Assembly: GCA_964016885.1 (NCBI GenBank)
Contig: OZ024741.1
Span: 396,366,001 to 396,430,000, forward strand
DNA: 64,000 bases
DNA from: Eledone cirrhosa
Lineage: Eukaryota
Direction: 5' to 3'
The translations under genes were made by a program, and so were the position numbers. Of this stretch, positions 1 through 13,740 are shown piece after piece. Each line of letters opens with the position of its first letter. Positions within the stretch are counted from its first letter, which is position 1. Below the pieces are notes generated by a model. It made no database searches. It had not been told where the DNA came from and saw only the letters and a program-made list of their open reading frames with translations.

Positions 1-3000
1 TCAAATTCCTTCAATCAGTCACACCACAAGGGTCAAAGTGCATCAATCAGTCACACCACAAGGGTCAAAGTGCATCAATCAGTCACACCACAAGGGTCAA
101 ATTCCTTCAATCAGTCACACCACAAGAGTCAAAGTGCATCAATCAGTCACACCACAAGAGTCAAAGTGCTTCAATCAGTCACACCACAAGGGTCAAAGTG
201 CATCAATCAGTCACACCACAAGGGTCAAAGTGCATCAATCAGTCACACCACAAGGGTCAAAGTGCATCAATCAGTCACACCACAAGGGTCAAAGTGCATC
301 AATCAGTCACACCACAAGGGTCAAATTGCATCAATCAGTTACACCACAAGGGTCAAAGTGCATTAATCAGTCACACCACAAGGGTCAAATTCCTTCAATC
401 AGTCACACCACAAGGGTCAAAGTGCATCAATCAGTCACACCACAAGAGTCAAAGTGCATCAATCAGTCAAACCACAAGGGTCAAAGTGCATCAATCAGCC
501 ACACCACAAGGGTCAAAGTGCATCAATCAGTAACACCACAAGGGTCAAGGTGCATCAATCAGTCACACCACAAGGGTCAAAGTGCATCAATCAGTCACAC
601 CACAAGGGTCAAAGTGCATCAATCAGTCACACCACAAGGGTCAAAGTGCATCAATCAGTCACACCACAAGGGTCAAAGTGCATCAATCAGTCACACCACA
701 AGAGTCAAAGTGCATCAATCAGTCACACCACAAGGGTCAAATTCCTTCAATCAGTCACACCACAAGGGTCAAAGTGCATCAATCAGTCACACCACACGAG
801 TCAAAGTGCATCAATCAGTCACACCACAAGGGTCAAAGTGCATCAATCAGTCACACCACAAGGGTCAAAGTGCATCAATCAGTCACACCACAAGAGTCAA
901 AGTGCATCAATCAGCCACACAACAAGGGTCAAAGTGCATCAATCAGTCACACCACAAGGGTCAAAGTGCATCAATCAGTCAGACCACAAGGGTCAAAGTG
1001 GATCAATCAGTCACACCACAAGGTTCAAAGTGCATCAATCAGTCACACCACAAGGGTCAAAGTGCATCAATCAGTCACACCACAAGAGTCAAAGTGCATC
1101 AATCAGTCACACCACAAGAGTCAAAGGGCACCAATCAGTCACACCACAAGGGTCAAATTCCTTCAATCAGTCACACCACAAGGGTCAAAGTGTATCAATC
1201 AGTCACACCTCAAGAGTCAAAGTGCATCAATCAGTCACACCACAAGGGTCAAAGTGCATCAATCAGACACACCACGAGGGTCAAAGTGCATCAATCAGTC
1301 ACACGACAAGGGTCAAAGTGCATCAATCAGTCACACCACAAGGGTCAACGTGCATCAATCAGTCACACCACAAGGGTCAAAGTGCATCAATCAGTCACAC
1401 CACAAGGGTCAAAGTGCATCAATCAGTCACACCACAAGGGTCAAAGTGCATTAATCAGCCACACCACAAGGGTCAAAGTGCATCAATCATTCACACCACA
1501 AGAGTCAAAGTGCATCAATCAACCACACCACAAGAGTCAAAGTGCATCAATCAGTTACACCACAAGAGTCAAAGTGCATCAATCAGTCACACCACAAGAG
1601 TCAAAGTGCATCAATCAGTCACACCACAAGAGTCAAAGTGCATCAATCAGTTACACCACAAGAGTCAAAGTGCATCAATCAGTCACACCACAAGGGTCAA
1701 AGTGCATCAATCAGCCACACCACAAGGGTCAAAGTGCATCAATCAGTCACACCACAAGAGTCAAAGTGCATCAATCAGTCACACCACAAGGGTCAAAGTG
1801 CATCAATCAGTTACACCACAAGAGTCAATGTGCATCAATCAGTTACACCACAAGAGTCAAAGTGCATCAATCAGACACACCACAAGGGTCAAAGTGCATC
1901 AATCAGTTACACCACTAGAGTCAAAGTGCATCAATCAGTTACACCACAAGAGTCAAAGTGCATCAATCAGTCACACCACAAGAGTCAAAGTGCATCAATC
2001 AGTCACACCACAAGGGTCAAAGTCCATCAATCAGTCACACCACAAGGGTCAAAGTGCATCAATCAGTCACACCACAAGGGTCAAAGTGCATCAAACAGTC
2101 ACACCACAAGAGTCAAAGTGCATCAATCAGTCACACCACAAGGGTCAAATTCTTTCAATCAGTCACACCACAAGAGTCAAAGTGCATCAATCAGTCACAC
2201 CACAAGGGTCAAAGTGCATCAATCAGTCACACCACAAGGGTCAAAGTGTTTCAATCAGTCACACCACAAGGGTCAAAGTGTTTCAAACAGTCACACCACA
2301 AGGGTCAAATTGCATCAATCAGTCACACCACAAGGGTCAAAGTGCATCAATCAGTCACACCACAAGTGTCAAAGTGTTTCAAACAGTCACACCACAAGGG
2401 TCAAATTGCATCAATCAGTCACACCACAAGGGTCAAAGTGCATCAATCAGTCACACCACAAGGGTCAAATTCCTTCAATCAGTCACACCACAAGTGTCAA
2501 AGTGTTTCAATCAGTCACACCACAAGGGTCAAAGTGCATCAATCAGTCACACCACTAGGGTCAAAGTGCATCAATCAGTCACACCACAAGGGTAAAAGTG
2601 TTTCAATCAGTCACACCACAAGGGTCAAAGTGTTTCAATCAGTCACACCACAAGGGTCAAAGTGTTTCAATCAGTCACACAACAAGGGTCAAAGTGCATC
2701 AATCAGTCACACCACAAGGGTCAAATTCCTTCAATCAGTCACACCACAAGGGTCAAAGTGCATCTATCAGTCACACTACAAGGGTCAAAGTGCATCAATC
2801 AGTCACACCACAAGAGTCAAAGTGCTTCAATCAGTCACACCACAAGGGTCAAATTCCTTCAATCAGTTACACCACAAGGGTCAAAGTGTTTCAATCAGTC
2901 ACACCACAAGGGTCAAATTCCTTCAATCAGTCACACCACAAGGGTCAAAGTGCATCAATCAGTCACACCACAAGGGTCAAATTCCTTCAATCAGTCACAC

Positions 3001-6000
3001 CACAAGGGTCAAAGTGCATCAATCAGTCACACCACAAGAGTTAAAGTGCTTCAATCAGTCACACCACAAGGGTCAAATTCCTTCAATCAGTCACACCACA
3101 AGGGTCAAAGTGCATCAATCAGTCACACCACAAGAGTCAAAGTGCATCAATCAGTCACACCACAAGGGTCAAAGTGCATCAATCAGCCACACCACAAGGG
3201 TCAAAGTGCATCAATCAGTCACACCACAAGAGTCAAAGTGCATCAATCAGTCACACCACAAGAGTCAAAGTGCTTCAATCAGTCACACCACAAGGGTCAA
3301 ATTCCTTCAATCAGTCACACCACAAGGGTCAAAGTGCATCAATCAGTCACACCACAAGGGTCAAAGTGCATCAATCAGTCACACCACAAGAGTCAAAGTG
3401 CATCAATCAGTCACACCACAAGGGTCAAAGTGCATCAATCAGTCACACCACAAGGGTCAAAGTGCATCAATCAGTCACACCACAAGGGTCAAAGTGCATC
3501 AATCAGTCACACCACAAGAGTCAAAGTGCATCAATCAGTCACACCACAAGGGTCAAATTCCTTCAATCAGTCACACCACAAGAGTCAAAGTGCATCAATC
3601 AGTCACACCACAAGGGTCAAAGTGCATCAATCAGTCACAGCACAAGGGTCAAAGTGTTTCAATCAGTCACACCACAAGGGTCAAAGAGCATCAATCAGTC
3701 ACACCACAAGGGTCAAAGTGTTTCAATCAGTCACACCACAAGGGTCAAAGTGCATCAATCAGTCACACCACAAGAGTCAAAGTGCATCAATCAGTCACAC
3801 CACAAGGGTCAAAGTGCATCAATCAGTCCCACCACAAGGGTCAAAGTGTTTCAATCAGTCACACCACAAGGGTCAAAGTGCATCAATCAGTCACACCACA
3901 AGGGTCAGAGTGCATCAATCAGTCACACCACAAGGGTCAAAGTGCATCAATCAGTCACACCACAAGGGTCAAATTCCTTCAATCAGTCACACCACAAGGG
4001 TCAAAGTGTTTCAATCAGTCACACCACAAGGGTCAAAGTGCATCAATCAGTCACACCACAAGGGTCAAAGTGCATCAATCAGTCACACCACAAGGGTCAA
4101 ATTCCTTCAATCAGTCACACCACATGGGTCAAAGTGTTTCAATCAGTCACACCACAAGGGTCAAAGTGCATCAATCAGTCACACCACAAGAGTTAAAGTG
4201 CAACAATCAGTCACACCACAAGGGTCAAAATGCATCAATCAGTCACACCACAAGGGTCAAAGTGCATCAATCAGTCACACCACAAGGGTCAAAGTGCATC
4301 AATCAGCCACACCACAAGGGTCAAAGTGCATCAATCAGTCACACCACAAGGGTCAAAGTGCATCAATCAGCCACACCACAAGGGTCAAAGTGCATCAATC
4401 AGTCACACCACAAGAGTCAAAGTGCATCAATCAGTGACACCACAAGGGTCAAAGTGCTTCAATCAGTCACACCACAAGAGTCAAAGTGCATCAATGAGTC
4501 ACACCACAAGGGTCAAAGTGCATCAATCAGTCACACCACAAGAGTCAAAGTGCTTCAATCAGTCACACCACAAGGGTCAAATTCCTTCAATCAGTCACAC
4601 CACAAGGGTCAAAGTGCATCAATCAGTCACACCAGAAGGGTCAAAGTGCATCAATCAGTCACACCACAAGGGTCAAAGTGCATCAATCAGTCACACCACA
4701 AGGGTCAAATTCCTTCAATCAGTCACACCACAAGAGTCAAAGTGCATCAATCAGTCACACCACAAGAGTCAAAGTGCTTCAATCAGTCACACCACAAGGG
4801 TCAAATTCCTTCAATCAGTCACACCACAAGGGTAAAAGTGCATCAATCAGTCACACCACAAGGGTCAAAGTGCATCAATCAGTCACACCACAAGGGTCAA
4901 AGTGCATCAATCAGTCACGCCACAAGGGTCAAATTGCATCAATCAGTTACACCACAAGGGTCAAAGTGCATTAATCAGTCACACCACAAGGGTCAAATTC
5001 CTTCAATCAGTCACACCACAAGGGTCAAAGTGCATCAATCAGTCACACCACAAGAGTCAAAGTGCATCAATCAGTCAAACCACAAGGGTCAAAGTGCATC
5101 AATCAGCCACACCACAAGGGTCAAGGTGCATCAATCAGTCACACGACAAGGGTCAAAGTGCATCAATCAGTCACACCACAAGGGTCAAAGTGCATCAATC
5201 AGTCACACCACAAGGGTCAAAGTGCATCAATCAGTCACACCACAAGGGTCAAAGTGCATCAATCAGACACACCACGAGGGTCAAAGTGCATCAATCAGTC
5301 ACACGACAAGGGTCAAAGTGCATCAATCAGTCACACCACAAGGGTCAAAGTGCATCAATCAGTAACACCACAAGAGTCAAAGTGCATCAATCAGTCACAC
5401 CACAAGGGTCAAATTCCTTCAATCAGTCACACCACAAGGGTCAAAGTGCATCAATCAGTCACACCACACGAGTCAAAGTGCATCAATCAGTCACACCACA
5501 AGGGTCAAAGTGCATCAATCAGTCACACCACAAGGGTCAAAGTGCATCAATCAGTCACACCACAAGAGTCAAAGTGTATCAATCAGCCACACCACAAGGG
5601 TCAAAGTGCATCAATCAGTCACACCACAAGGGTCAAAGTGCATCAATCAGTCAGACCACAAGGGTCAAAGTGGATCAATCAGTCACACCACAAGGTTCAA
5701 AGTGCATCAATCAGTCACACCACAAGGGTCAAAGTGCATCAATCAGTCACACCACAAGAGTCAAAGTGCATCAATCAGTGACACCACAAGAGTCAAAGGG
5801 CACCAATCAGTCACACCACAAGGGTCAAATTCCTTCAATCAGTCACACCACAAGGGTCAAAGTGTATCAATCAGTCACACCTCAAGAGTCAAAGTGCATC
5901 AATCAGTCACACCACAAGGGTCAAAGTGCATCAATCAGAAACACCACGAGGGTCAAAGTGCATCAATCAGTCACACGACAAGGGTCAAAGTGCATCAATC

Positions 6001-7400
6001 AGTCACACCACAAGGGTCAAAGTGCATCAATCAGTAACACCACAAGAGTCAAAGAGCATCAATCAGTCACACCACAAGGGTCAACGTGCATCAATCAGTC
6101 ACACCACAAGGGTCAAAGTGCATCAATCAGTCACACCACAAGGGTCAAAGTGCATCAATCAGTCACACCACAAGGGTCAAAGTGCATTAATCAGCCACAC
6201 CACAAGGGTCAAAGTGCATCAATCAGTCACACCACAAGAGTCAAAGTGCATCAATCAACCACACCACAACAGTCAAAGTGCATCAATCAGTTACACCACA
6301 AGAGTCAAAGTGCATCAATCAGTCACACCACAAGAGTCAAAGTGCATCAATCAGTCACACCACAAGAGTCAAAGTGCATCAATCAGTTACACCACAAGAG
6401 TCAAAGTGCATCAATCAGTCACACCACAAGGGTCAAAGTGCATCAATCAGCCACACCACAAGGGTCAAAGTGCATCAATCAGTCACACCACAAGAGTCAA
6501 AGTGCATCAATCAGTCACACCACAAGGGTCAAAGTGCATCAATCAGTTACACCACAAGAGTCAATGTGCATCAATCAGTTACACCACAAGAGTCAAAGTG
6601 CATCAATCAGACACACCACAAGGGTCAAAGTGCATCAATCAGTTACACCACAAGAGTCAAAGTGCATCAATCAGTTACACCACAAGAGTCAAAGTGCATC
6701 AATCAGTCACACCACAAGAGTCAAAGTGCATCAATCAGTCACACCACAAGGGTCAAAGTGCATCAATCAGTCACACCACAAGGGTCAAAGTGCATCAATC
6801 AGTCACACCACAAGAGTCAAAGTGCATCAATCAGTCACACCACAAGGGTCAAAGTCCATCAATCAGTCACACCACAAGGGTCAAAGTGCATCAATCAGTC
6901 ACACCACAAGGGTCAAAGTGCATCAAACAGTCACACCACAAGAGTCAAAGTGCATCAATCAGTCACACCACAAGGGTCAAATTCTTTCAATCAGTCACAC
7001 CACAAGAGTCAAAGTGCATCAATCAGTCACACCACAAGGGTCAAAGTGCATCAATCAGTCACACCACAAGGGTCAAAGTGTTTCAATCAGTCACACCACA
7101 AGGGTCAAAGTGCATCAATCAGTCACACCACAAGTGTCAAAGTGTTTCAAACAGTCACACCACAAGGGTCAAATTGCATCAATCAGTCACACCACAAGGG
7201 TCAAAGTGCATCAATCAGTCACACCACAAGGGTCAAATTCCTTCAATCAGTCACACCACAAGTGTCAAAGTGTTTCAATCAGTCACATCACAAGGGTCAA
7301 AGTGCATCAATCAGTCACACCACTAGGGTCAAAGTGCATCAATCAGTCACACCACAAGGGTAAAAGTGTTTCAATCAGTCACACCACAAGGGTCAAAGTG
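1..7400. repeat. Basic higher-order repeat of about 144-149 monomers (4.6-4.8 kb), about 1.5 periods shown here
   Basis: Rare variant monomers recur in the same order. GTGGATC has its GATC at 1001 and 5673 (4672 bp, 146 units). CATCTATCAGTCACACTACA is at 2761 and 7529 (4768 bp, 149 units). Near-identical 98-aa pseudo-ORFs start at 70 and 4678 (4608 bp, 144 units). Confidence 0.85.
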
Positions 7401-10400
7401 TTTCAATCAGTCACACCACAAGGGTCAAAGTGTTTCAATCAGTCACACAACAAGGGTCAAAGTGCATCAATCAGTCACACCACAAGGGTCAAATTCCTTC
7501 AATCAGTCACACCACAAGGGTCAAAGTGCATCTATCAGTCACACTACAAGGGTCAAAGTGCATCAATCAGTCACACCACAAGAGTCAAAGTGCTTCAATC
7601 AGTCACACCACAAGGGTCAAATTCCTTCAATCAGTTACACCACAAGCGTCAAAGTGTTTCAATCAGTCACACCACAAGGGTCAAATTCCTTCAATCAGTC
7701 ACACCACAAGGGTCAAAGTGCATCAATCAGCACACCACAAGGGTCAAATTCCTTCAATCAGTCACACCACAAGGGTCAAAGTGCATCAATCAGTCACACC
7801 ACAAGAGTCAAAGTGCTTCAATCAGTCACACCACAAGGGTCAAATTCCTTCAATCAGTCACACCACAAGGGTCAAAGTGCATCAATCAGTCTCACCACAA
7901 GAGTCAAAGTGCATCAATCAGTCACACCACAAGGGTCAAAGTGCATCAATCAGCCACACCACAAGGGTCAAAGTGCATCAATCAGTCACACCACAAGAGT
8001 CAAAGTGCATCAATCAGTCACACCACAAGAGTCAAAGTGCTTCAATCAGTCACACCACAAGGGTCAAATTCCTTCAATCAGTCACACCACAAGGGTCAAA
8101 GTGCATCAATCAGTCACACCACAAGGGTCAAAGTGCATCAATCAGTCACACCACAAGAGTCAAAGTGCATCAATCAGTCACACCACAAGGGTCAAAGTGC
8201 ATCAATCAGTCACACCACAAGGGTCAAAGTGCATCAATCAGTCACACCACAAGGGTCAAAGTGCATCAATCAGTCACACCACAAGAGTCAAAGTGCATCA
8301 ATCAGTCACACCACAAGGGTCAAATTCCTTCAATCAGTCACACCACAAGAGTCAAAGTGCATCAATCAGTCACACCACAAGGGTCAAAGTGCATCAATCA
8401 GTCACAGCACAAGGGTCAAAGTGTTTCAATCAGTCACACCACAAGGGTCAAAGTGCATCAATCAGTCACACCACAAGGGTCAAAGTGTTTCAATCAGTCA
8501 CACCACAAGGGTCAAAGTGCATCAATCAGTCACACCACAAGAGTCAAAGTGCATCAATCAGTCACACCACAAGGGTCAAAGTGCATCAATCAGTCACACC
8601 ACAAGGGTCAAAGTGCATCAATCAGTCACACCACAAGGGTCAAAGTGCATCAATCAGTCACACCACAAGAGTCAAAGTGCATCAATCAGTCACACCACAA
8701 GGGTCAAATTCCTTCAATCAGTCACACCACAAGAGTCAAAGTGCATCAATCAGTCACACCACAAGGGTCAAAGTGCATCAATCAGTCACAGCACAAGGGT
8801 CAAAGTGTTTCAATCAGTCACACCACAAGGGTCAAAGTGCATCAATCAGTCAAACCACAAGGGTCAAAGTGTTTCAATCAGTCACACCACAAGGGTCAAA
8901 GTGCATCAATCAGTCACACCACAAGAGTCAAAGTGCATCAATCAGTCACACCACAAGGGTCAAAGTGCATCAATCAGTCACACCACAAGGGTCAAAGTGC
9001 ATTAATCAGCCACACCACAAGGGTCAAAGTGCATCAATCAGTCACACCACAAGAGTCAAAGTGCATCAATGAGTCACACCACAAGGGTCAAAGTGCATCA
9101 ATCAGTCACACCACAAGGGTCAAAGTGCATCAATCAGTCACACCACAAGGGTCAAAGTGCATCAATCAGTCACACCACAAGAGTCAAAGTGCATCAATCA
9201 GTCACACCACAAGGGTCAAATTCCTTCAATCAGTCACACCACAAGAGTCAAAGTGCATCAATCAGTCACACCACAAGGGTCAAAGTGCATCAATCAGTCA
9301 CAGCACAAGGGTCAAAGTGTTTCAATCAGTCACACCACAAGGGTCAAAGTGCATCAATCAGTCACACCACAAGGGTCAAAGTGTTTCAATCAGTCACACC
9401 ACAAGGGTCAAAGTGCATCAATCAGTCACACCACAAGAGTCAAAGTGCATCAATCAGTCACACCACAAGGGTCAAAGTGCATCAATCAGTCACACCACAA
9501 GGGTCAAAGTGCATTAATCAGCCACACCACAAGGGTCAAAGTGCATCAATCAGTCACACCACAAGAGTCAAAGTGCATCAATGAGTCACACCACAAGGGT
9601 CAAAGTGCTTCAATCAGTCACACCACAAGAGTCAAAGTGCATCAATGAGTCACACCACAAGGGTCAAAGTGCATCAATCAGTCACACCACAAGAGTCAAA
9701 GTGCTTCAATCAGTCACACCACAAGGGTCAAATTCCTTCAATCAGTCACACCACAAGGGTCAAAGTGCATCAATCAGTCACACCAGAAGGGTCAAAGTGC
9801 ATCAATCAGTCACACCACAAGGGTCAAAGTGCATCAATCAGTCACACCACAAGGGTCAAATTCCTTCAATCAGTCACACCACAAGAGTCAAAGTGCATCA
9901 ATCAGTCACACCACAAGAGTCAAAGTGCTTCAATCAGTCACACCACAAGGGTCAAATTCCTTCAATCAGTCACACCACAAGGGTAAAAGTGCATCAATCA
10001 GTCACACCACAAGGGTCAAAGTGCATCAATCAGTCACACCACAAGGGTCAAAGTGCATCAATCAGTCACGCCACAAGGGTCAAATTGCATCAATCAGTTA
10101 CACCACAAGGGTCAAAGTGCATTAATCAGTCACACCACAAGGGTCAAATTCCTTCAATCAGTCACACCACAAGGGTCAAAGTGCATCAATCAGTCACACC
10201 ACAAGAGTCAAAGTGCATCAATCAGTCAAACCACAAGGGTCAAAGTGCATCAATCAGCCACACCACAAGGGTCAAGGTGCATCAATCAGTCACACGACAA
10301 GGGTCAAAGTGCATCAATCAGTCACACCACAAGGGTCAAAGTGCATCAATCAGTCACACCACAAGGGTCAAAGTGCATCAATCAGTCACACCACAAGGGT

Positions 10401-13400
10401 CAAAGTGCATCAATCAGACACACCACGAGGGTCAAAGTGCATCAATCAGTCACACGACAAGGGTCAAAGTGCATCAATCAGTCACACCACAAGGGTCAAA
10501 GTGCATCAATCAGTAACACCACAAGAGTCAAAGTGCATCAATCAGTCACACCACAAGGGTCAAATTCCTTCAATCAGTCACACCACAAGGGTCAAAGTGC
10601 ATCAATCAGTCACACCACACGAGTCAAAGTGCATCAATCAGTCACACCACAAGGGTCAAAGTGCATCAATCAGTCACACCACAAGGGTCAAAGTGCATCA
10701 ATCAGTCACACCACAAGAGTCAAAGTGTATCAATCAGCCACACCACAAGGGTCAAAGTGCATCAATCAGTCACACCACAAGGGTCAAAGTGCATCAATCA
10801 GTCAGACCACAAGGGTCAAAGTGGATCAATCAGTCACACCACAAGGTTCAAAGTGCATCAATCAGTCACACCACAAGGGTCAAAGTGCATCAATCAGTCA
10901 CACCACAAGAGTCAAAGTGCATCAATCAGTGACACCACAAGAGTCAAAGGGCACCAATCAGTCACACCACAAGGGTCAAATTCCTTCAATCAGTCACACC
11001 ACAAGGGTCAAAGTGTATCAATCAGTCACACCTCACGAGTCAAAGTGCATCAATCAGTCACACCACAAGGGTCAAAGTGCATCAATCAGACACACCACGA
11101 GGGTCAAAGTGCATCAATCAGTCACACGACAAGGGTCAAAGTGCATCAATCAGTCACACCACAAGGGTCAAAGTGCATCAATCAGTAACACCACAAGAGT
11201 CAAAGAGCATCAATCAGTCACACCACAAGGGTCAACGTGCATCAATCAGTCACACCACAAGGGTCAAAGTGCATCAATCAGTCACACCACAAGGGTCAAA
11301 GTGCATCAATCAGTCACACCACAAGGGTCAAAGTGCATTAATCAGCCACACCACAAGGGTCAAAGTGCATCAATCAGTCACACCACAAGAGTCAAAGTGC
11401 ATCAATCAACCACACCACAACAGTCAAAGTGCATCAATCAGTTACACCACAAGAGTCAAAGTGCATCAATCAGTCACACCACAAGAGTCAAAGTGCATCA
11501 ATCAGTCACACCACAAGAGTCAAAGTGCATCAATCAGTTACACCACAAGAGTCAAAGTGCATCAATCAGTCACACCACAAGGGTCAAAGTGCATCAATCA
11601 GCCACACCACAAGGGTCAAAGTGCATCAATCAGTCACACCACAAGAGTCAAAGTGCATCAATCAGTCACACCACAAGGGTCAAAGTGCATCAATCAGTTA
11701 CACCACAAGAGTCAATGTGCATCAATCAGTTACACCACAAGAGTCAAAGTGCATCAATCAGACACACCACAAGGGTCAAAGTGCATCAATCAGTTACACC
11801 ACAAGAGTCAAAGTGCATCAATCAGTTACACCACAAGACTCAAAGTGCATCAATCAGTCACACCACAAGAGTCAAAGTGCATCAATCAGTCACACCACAA
11901 GGGTCAAAGTGCATCAATCAGTCACACCACAAGGGTCAAAGTGCATCAATCAGTCACACCACAAGAGTCAAAGTGCATCAATCAGTCACACCACAAGGGT
12001 CAAAGTCCATCAATCAGTCACACCACAAGGGTCAAAGTGCATCAATCAGTCACACCACAAGGGTCAAAGTGCATCAAACAGTCACACCACAAGAGTCAAA
12101 GTGCATCAATCAGTCACACCACAAGGGTCAAATTCTTTCAATCAGTCACACCACAAGAGTCAAAGTGCATCAATCAGTCACACCACAAGGGTCAAAGTGC
12201 ATCAATCAGTCACACCACAAGGGTCAAAGTGTTTCAATCAGTCACACCACAAGGGTCAAAGTGCATCAATCAGTCACACCACAAGTGTCAAAGTGTTTCA
12301 AACAGTCACACCACAAGGGTCAAATTGCATCAATCAGTCACACCACAAGGGTCAAAGTGCATCAATCAGTCACACCACAAGGGTCAAATTCCTTCAATCA
12401 GTCACACCACAAGTGTCAAAGTGTTTCAATCAGTCACATCACAAGGGTCAAAGTGCATCAATCAGTCACACCACTAGGGTCAAAGTGCATCAATCAGTCA
12501 CACCACAAGGGTAAAAGTGTTTCAATCAGTCACACCACAAGGGTCAAAGTGTTTCAATCAGTCACACCACAAGGGTCAAAGTGTTTCAATCAGTCACACA
12601 ACAAGGGTCAAAGTGCATCAATCAGTCACACCACAAGGGTCAAATTCCTTCAATCAGTCACACCACAAGGGTCAAAGTGCATCTATCAGTCACACTACAA
12701 GGGTCAAAGTGCATCAATCAGTCACACCACAAGAGTCAAAGTGCTTCAATCAGTCACACCACAAGGGTCAAATTCCTTCAATCAGTTACACCACAAGCGT
12801 CAAAGTGTTTCAATCAGTCACACCACAAGGGTCAAATTCCTTCAATCAGTCACACCACAAGGGTCAAAGTGCATCAATCAGCACACCACAAGGGTCAAAT
12901 TCCTTCAATCAGTCACACCACAAGGGTCAAAGTGCATCAATCAGTCACACCACAAGAGTCAAAGTGCTTCAATCAGTCACACCACAAGGGTCAAATTCCT
13001 TCAATCAGTCACACCACAAGGGTCAAAGTGCATCAATCAGTCTCACCACAAGAGTCAAAGTGCATCAATCAGTCACACCACAAGGGTCAAAGTGCATCAA
13101 TCAGCCACACCACAAGGGTCAAAGTGCATCAATCAGTCACACCACAAGAGTCAAAGTGCATCAATCAGTCACACCACAAGAGTCAAAGTGCTTCAATCAG
13201 TCACACCACAAGGGTCAAATTCCTTCAATCAGTCACACCACAAGGGTCAAAGTGCATCAATCAGTCACACCACAAGGGTCAAAGTGCATCAATCAGTCAC
13301 ACCACAAGAGTCAAAGTGCATCAATCAGTCACACCACAAGGGTCAAAGTGCATCAATCAGTCACACCACAAGGGTCAAAGTGCATCAATCAGTCACACCA

Positions 13401-13740
13401 CAATGGTCAAAGTGCATCAATCAGTCACACCACAAGAGTCAAAGTGCATCAATCAGTCACACCACAAGGGTCAAATTCCTTCAATCAGTCACACCACAAG
13501 AGTCAAAGTGCATCAATCAGTCACACCACAAGGGTCAAAGTGCATCAATCAGTCACAGCACAAGGGTCAAAGTGTTTCAATCAGTCACACCACAAGGGTC
13601 AAAGTGCATCAATCAGTCACACCACAAGGGTCAAAGTGTTTCAATCAGTCACACCACAAGGGTCAAAGTGCATCAATCAGTCACACCACAAGAGTCAAAG
13701 TGCATCAATCAGTCACACCACAAGGGTCAAAGTGCATCAA
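4438..13740. repeat. Recent segmental duplication within the array, offset 5151 bp (about 4438-8590 and about 9589-13740)
   Basis: The variants CACATCAC (about 7284 and 12435) and CACAAGCGTC (7641 and 12792) were seen only in these two copies. The 1-bp deletion (7730 and 12881) and GATC (5673 and 10824) share the same offset, as do ORF pairs 4678/9829, 5062/10213, 5926/11077 and 7366/12517. Confidence 0.92.

Noticed and set aside
42-62. Other short transcription-factor motifs in the monomer: RUNX (ACCACA), PBX (ATCAATCA), near T-box (TCACACCA), near TCF (TCAAAG), AP-1 in the TGAGTCA variant
   Set aside because: Matches of 6-8 bp are expected by chance in any 32-mer scanned against many motifs, and there is no independent evidence. 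They were not annotated as regulatory sites.
38-1918. Zinc-finger-like or metal-binding repeat protein, suggested by Cys/His periodicity
   Set aside because: There is only one Cys per 32 aa, with no C-x2-4-C...H-x3-5-H spacing or TGEKP linker. The composition follows from the A/C-rich DNA.
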